The position numbers and the translations under genes are program-made. The notes below the pieces were generated by a model. It saw only the letters and a list, made by a program, of their open reading frames with translations, was not told the DNA's origin and did no database searches. From Saccostrea cucullata (taxonomy: Eukaryota), in the NCBI RefSeq assembly GCF_032062105.1, contig NW_026937974.1:1-64000 (forward strand): DNA of 64,000 bases, given 5' to 3'. Positions 62,003 to 64,000 of the stretch are shown piece after piece (position 1 is the first letter of the stretch; every line of letters starts with the position of its first letter).

Positions 62003-62296
62003 TAATTCTCTGGTTATGCCAACACTACATGAAATATACATATTCATTCACATGATCTGTATTATTTGGAGGGGTGGGGGGTAAAAAGCTTGGAAGTTAT
62101 TCATGTCTCTGAAATTATTTATATCATTGACATTATTTTATGTAGGCTTATATTTTAGAAAATGTACACCAGATTAACTGAATAATAGAATGCTATACAA
62201 AGTGCAATTATGCTGCCTGGCTGTCTATAATTTTTTTTATGTTAATCTAGCATGCACAAGGTCGGTGATGAAGAAGAGGGATAATTTTCACCAATA

Positions 62297-63302
62297 CAGT
62301 GAAGTCGCCAATTCCGGGTCACGTCTGGGTGTTTTGTTAATATTTTGCAAATCTGTTAAATTTATATTTTATGCAATATGTGTATTGAAAGAACAAATAG
62401 TGATTCATCCTAACACCTTTTCGTTTTCAAAGTAGCTACACGGGAACAATATTTACAGAAGTATTTCAGCAAGGCCTAGCTTCCCCAGTTACGAATCATT
62501 TTCTCCATTTCCGGGTCATGTGACTTCACAGTCGTGTAATATTCATGGAACGTTTCAGAACACGATTTTTATGATGTTGAAGCATAAAACGATTCACGCA
62601 GCTTGGAAAAAAAGTAAAACAATCACAGAAAATATGTTTAAATTATTTTTAAAACAATTACAACAAAACAAATTGCAGTATGCAGAATTAAAAAATGTGT
62701 TAGGATTAAAAATAATACAATTAAGTTCATTTATTAAAAAACAAATGCATTTGAAGGGTTAACTCGATTATAATTTTTAGAAAAAATATTTTCCAGTTAG
62801 AATACTTTTGATAATCAAGGTAAAGACATGGTTGTCGATTGGTTTTGTACATAGAATTTTGACATGTTCATGCAACGAGATTGCGTGACCCGCAATTGGA
62901 GAAACTACTACAGTTTGATTTAATAATCATTATAATTTTATTTAAGCAGCGATCATTATGATTGATTTCTGAGTTAAAACTAAATGCATTTACTATACAT
63001 TTGAGCTCTTATTATTTATCTAGAACTTTTATATCAGCCTTTCTGCAGCGAACAAAAACGAAAGTAGCCCGTCACCGCAGCAGAAACACCCAAGTCTTTA
63101 ATGCGTGCGTTTCAGAATTTTGATTGTCGGATGCTCTCTTAAAGTTGATATTCAAAATTTTGTAATTAATTACATACAGAAAGACCAGTTCTTCATGACC
63201 AGAGTATTCAATAAGTTTTTTGCGCTTAAATTTTAACACTAGGCATAAAATACACGCGAGTGACCCGGAATTGGAGACGACCCGGAATTGGCGACTCCAC
63301 TG
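62297..63302. mobile_element. Tc1/mariner (pogo/Tigger-like) MITE
   Basis: TA|CAGTGAAGTCGCCAATTCCGGGTC ... GACCCGGAATTGGCGACTCCACTG|TA; internal repeats of the TIR core. Confidence 0.85.
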
Positions 63303-63769
63303 TATCAGTTTTGTGCGCATATATAATCATCATCAACAGTAATCTTGCTAGAGGAGTTGACTGTATACATAGTAATTAATTTAGGGGTCCCAGGATTGAT
63401 TCATGTGTATACATTTTCTCCTTTACAATCCAATGAAAATAATATGTGTTCATTGCAGTATTTGATGTAACAGGGTTGATGGTAATAATGAATTCAAAAA
63501 ACCTGTTAGGGTTCGTACTTTTTATTCAATAATAGAACTAGAACTATTGCCCTGAAATAAATAAAAAACAATATTGAAAATATCATAAAATCATTATTGC
63601 ACAATACAATATTATACACAATGCTGCATAAAGGGAGGTGACTCTTATATTCATTACACATAATACAATATTCTCTTAGAATTTACACTTTGTGTATACA
63701 ATTGAAATACTTTACAACAAAATATATATTACTGTTAAAGCTATAATATCTTCATAGACATTATAATAC

Positions 63770-64000
63770 CTGTACGAAATGTTCCGCCTGGAATATAGGG
63801 GGAATTGAGGCGTACTTGGAGAGGCGTCAATTTGTCTCTCTACATATATGGTGATACACAGGTTCCGGGCGTAACTTAGGCGGAAACCAAGCGTAAATGG
63901 GCAGGAATTTGAGGCGAAAAATGCAAATGAGCTACGCCCGGAAAAATAAATGACGCCCGTAAAAAAAATTACGCCTGGAAACTAAAATGACGCCTGGAAT
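63770..64000. repeat. ACGCC(T/C)GGAA-repeat element running off the window end
   Basis: CGCCTGGAA / TACGCCCGGAA / TTCCGGGCGTAA motifs clustered at ~63785-63999. Confidence 0.5.

Overview
Eukaryotic, AT-rich, TE-dense genomic DNA, most likely from a bivalve mollusc (oyster, Ostreidae; inferred from the ~166-bp satellite/Helentron repeats, SINEs and Penelope-like fragments). Host genes: two degraded intronless B-box/NHL (TRIM-like) paralogs at the left (minus strand); a complete 5-exon SPCS3 gene (minus, 61206->52254, 179 aa) that has a U12-type intron with atypical AT-AG ends and an intact Academ transposon (53059-58877) in its last intron; and exon 1 of a PRCP-like lysosomal peptidase head-to-head with SPCS3 behind two CLEAR/M-box motifs. 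The middle is a stack of nested mobile elements: cassette-like arrays of ~0.8-0.9 kb Helentron-type (HINE) units with nine hairpin ends but only two palindromic ends, a full-length Harbinger (18475-22787, CAG TSD), a large Helentron Rep/helicase ORF carrying two deubiquitinase domains (VTD/C76-like and OTU), a Kolobok-like element rich in RFX X-boxes, an RTE retrotransposon with a nested Penelope-like fragment, and many MITEs. All calls come from reading the sequence by eye; no database searches were run.
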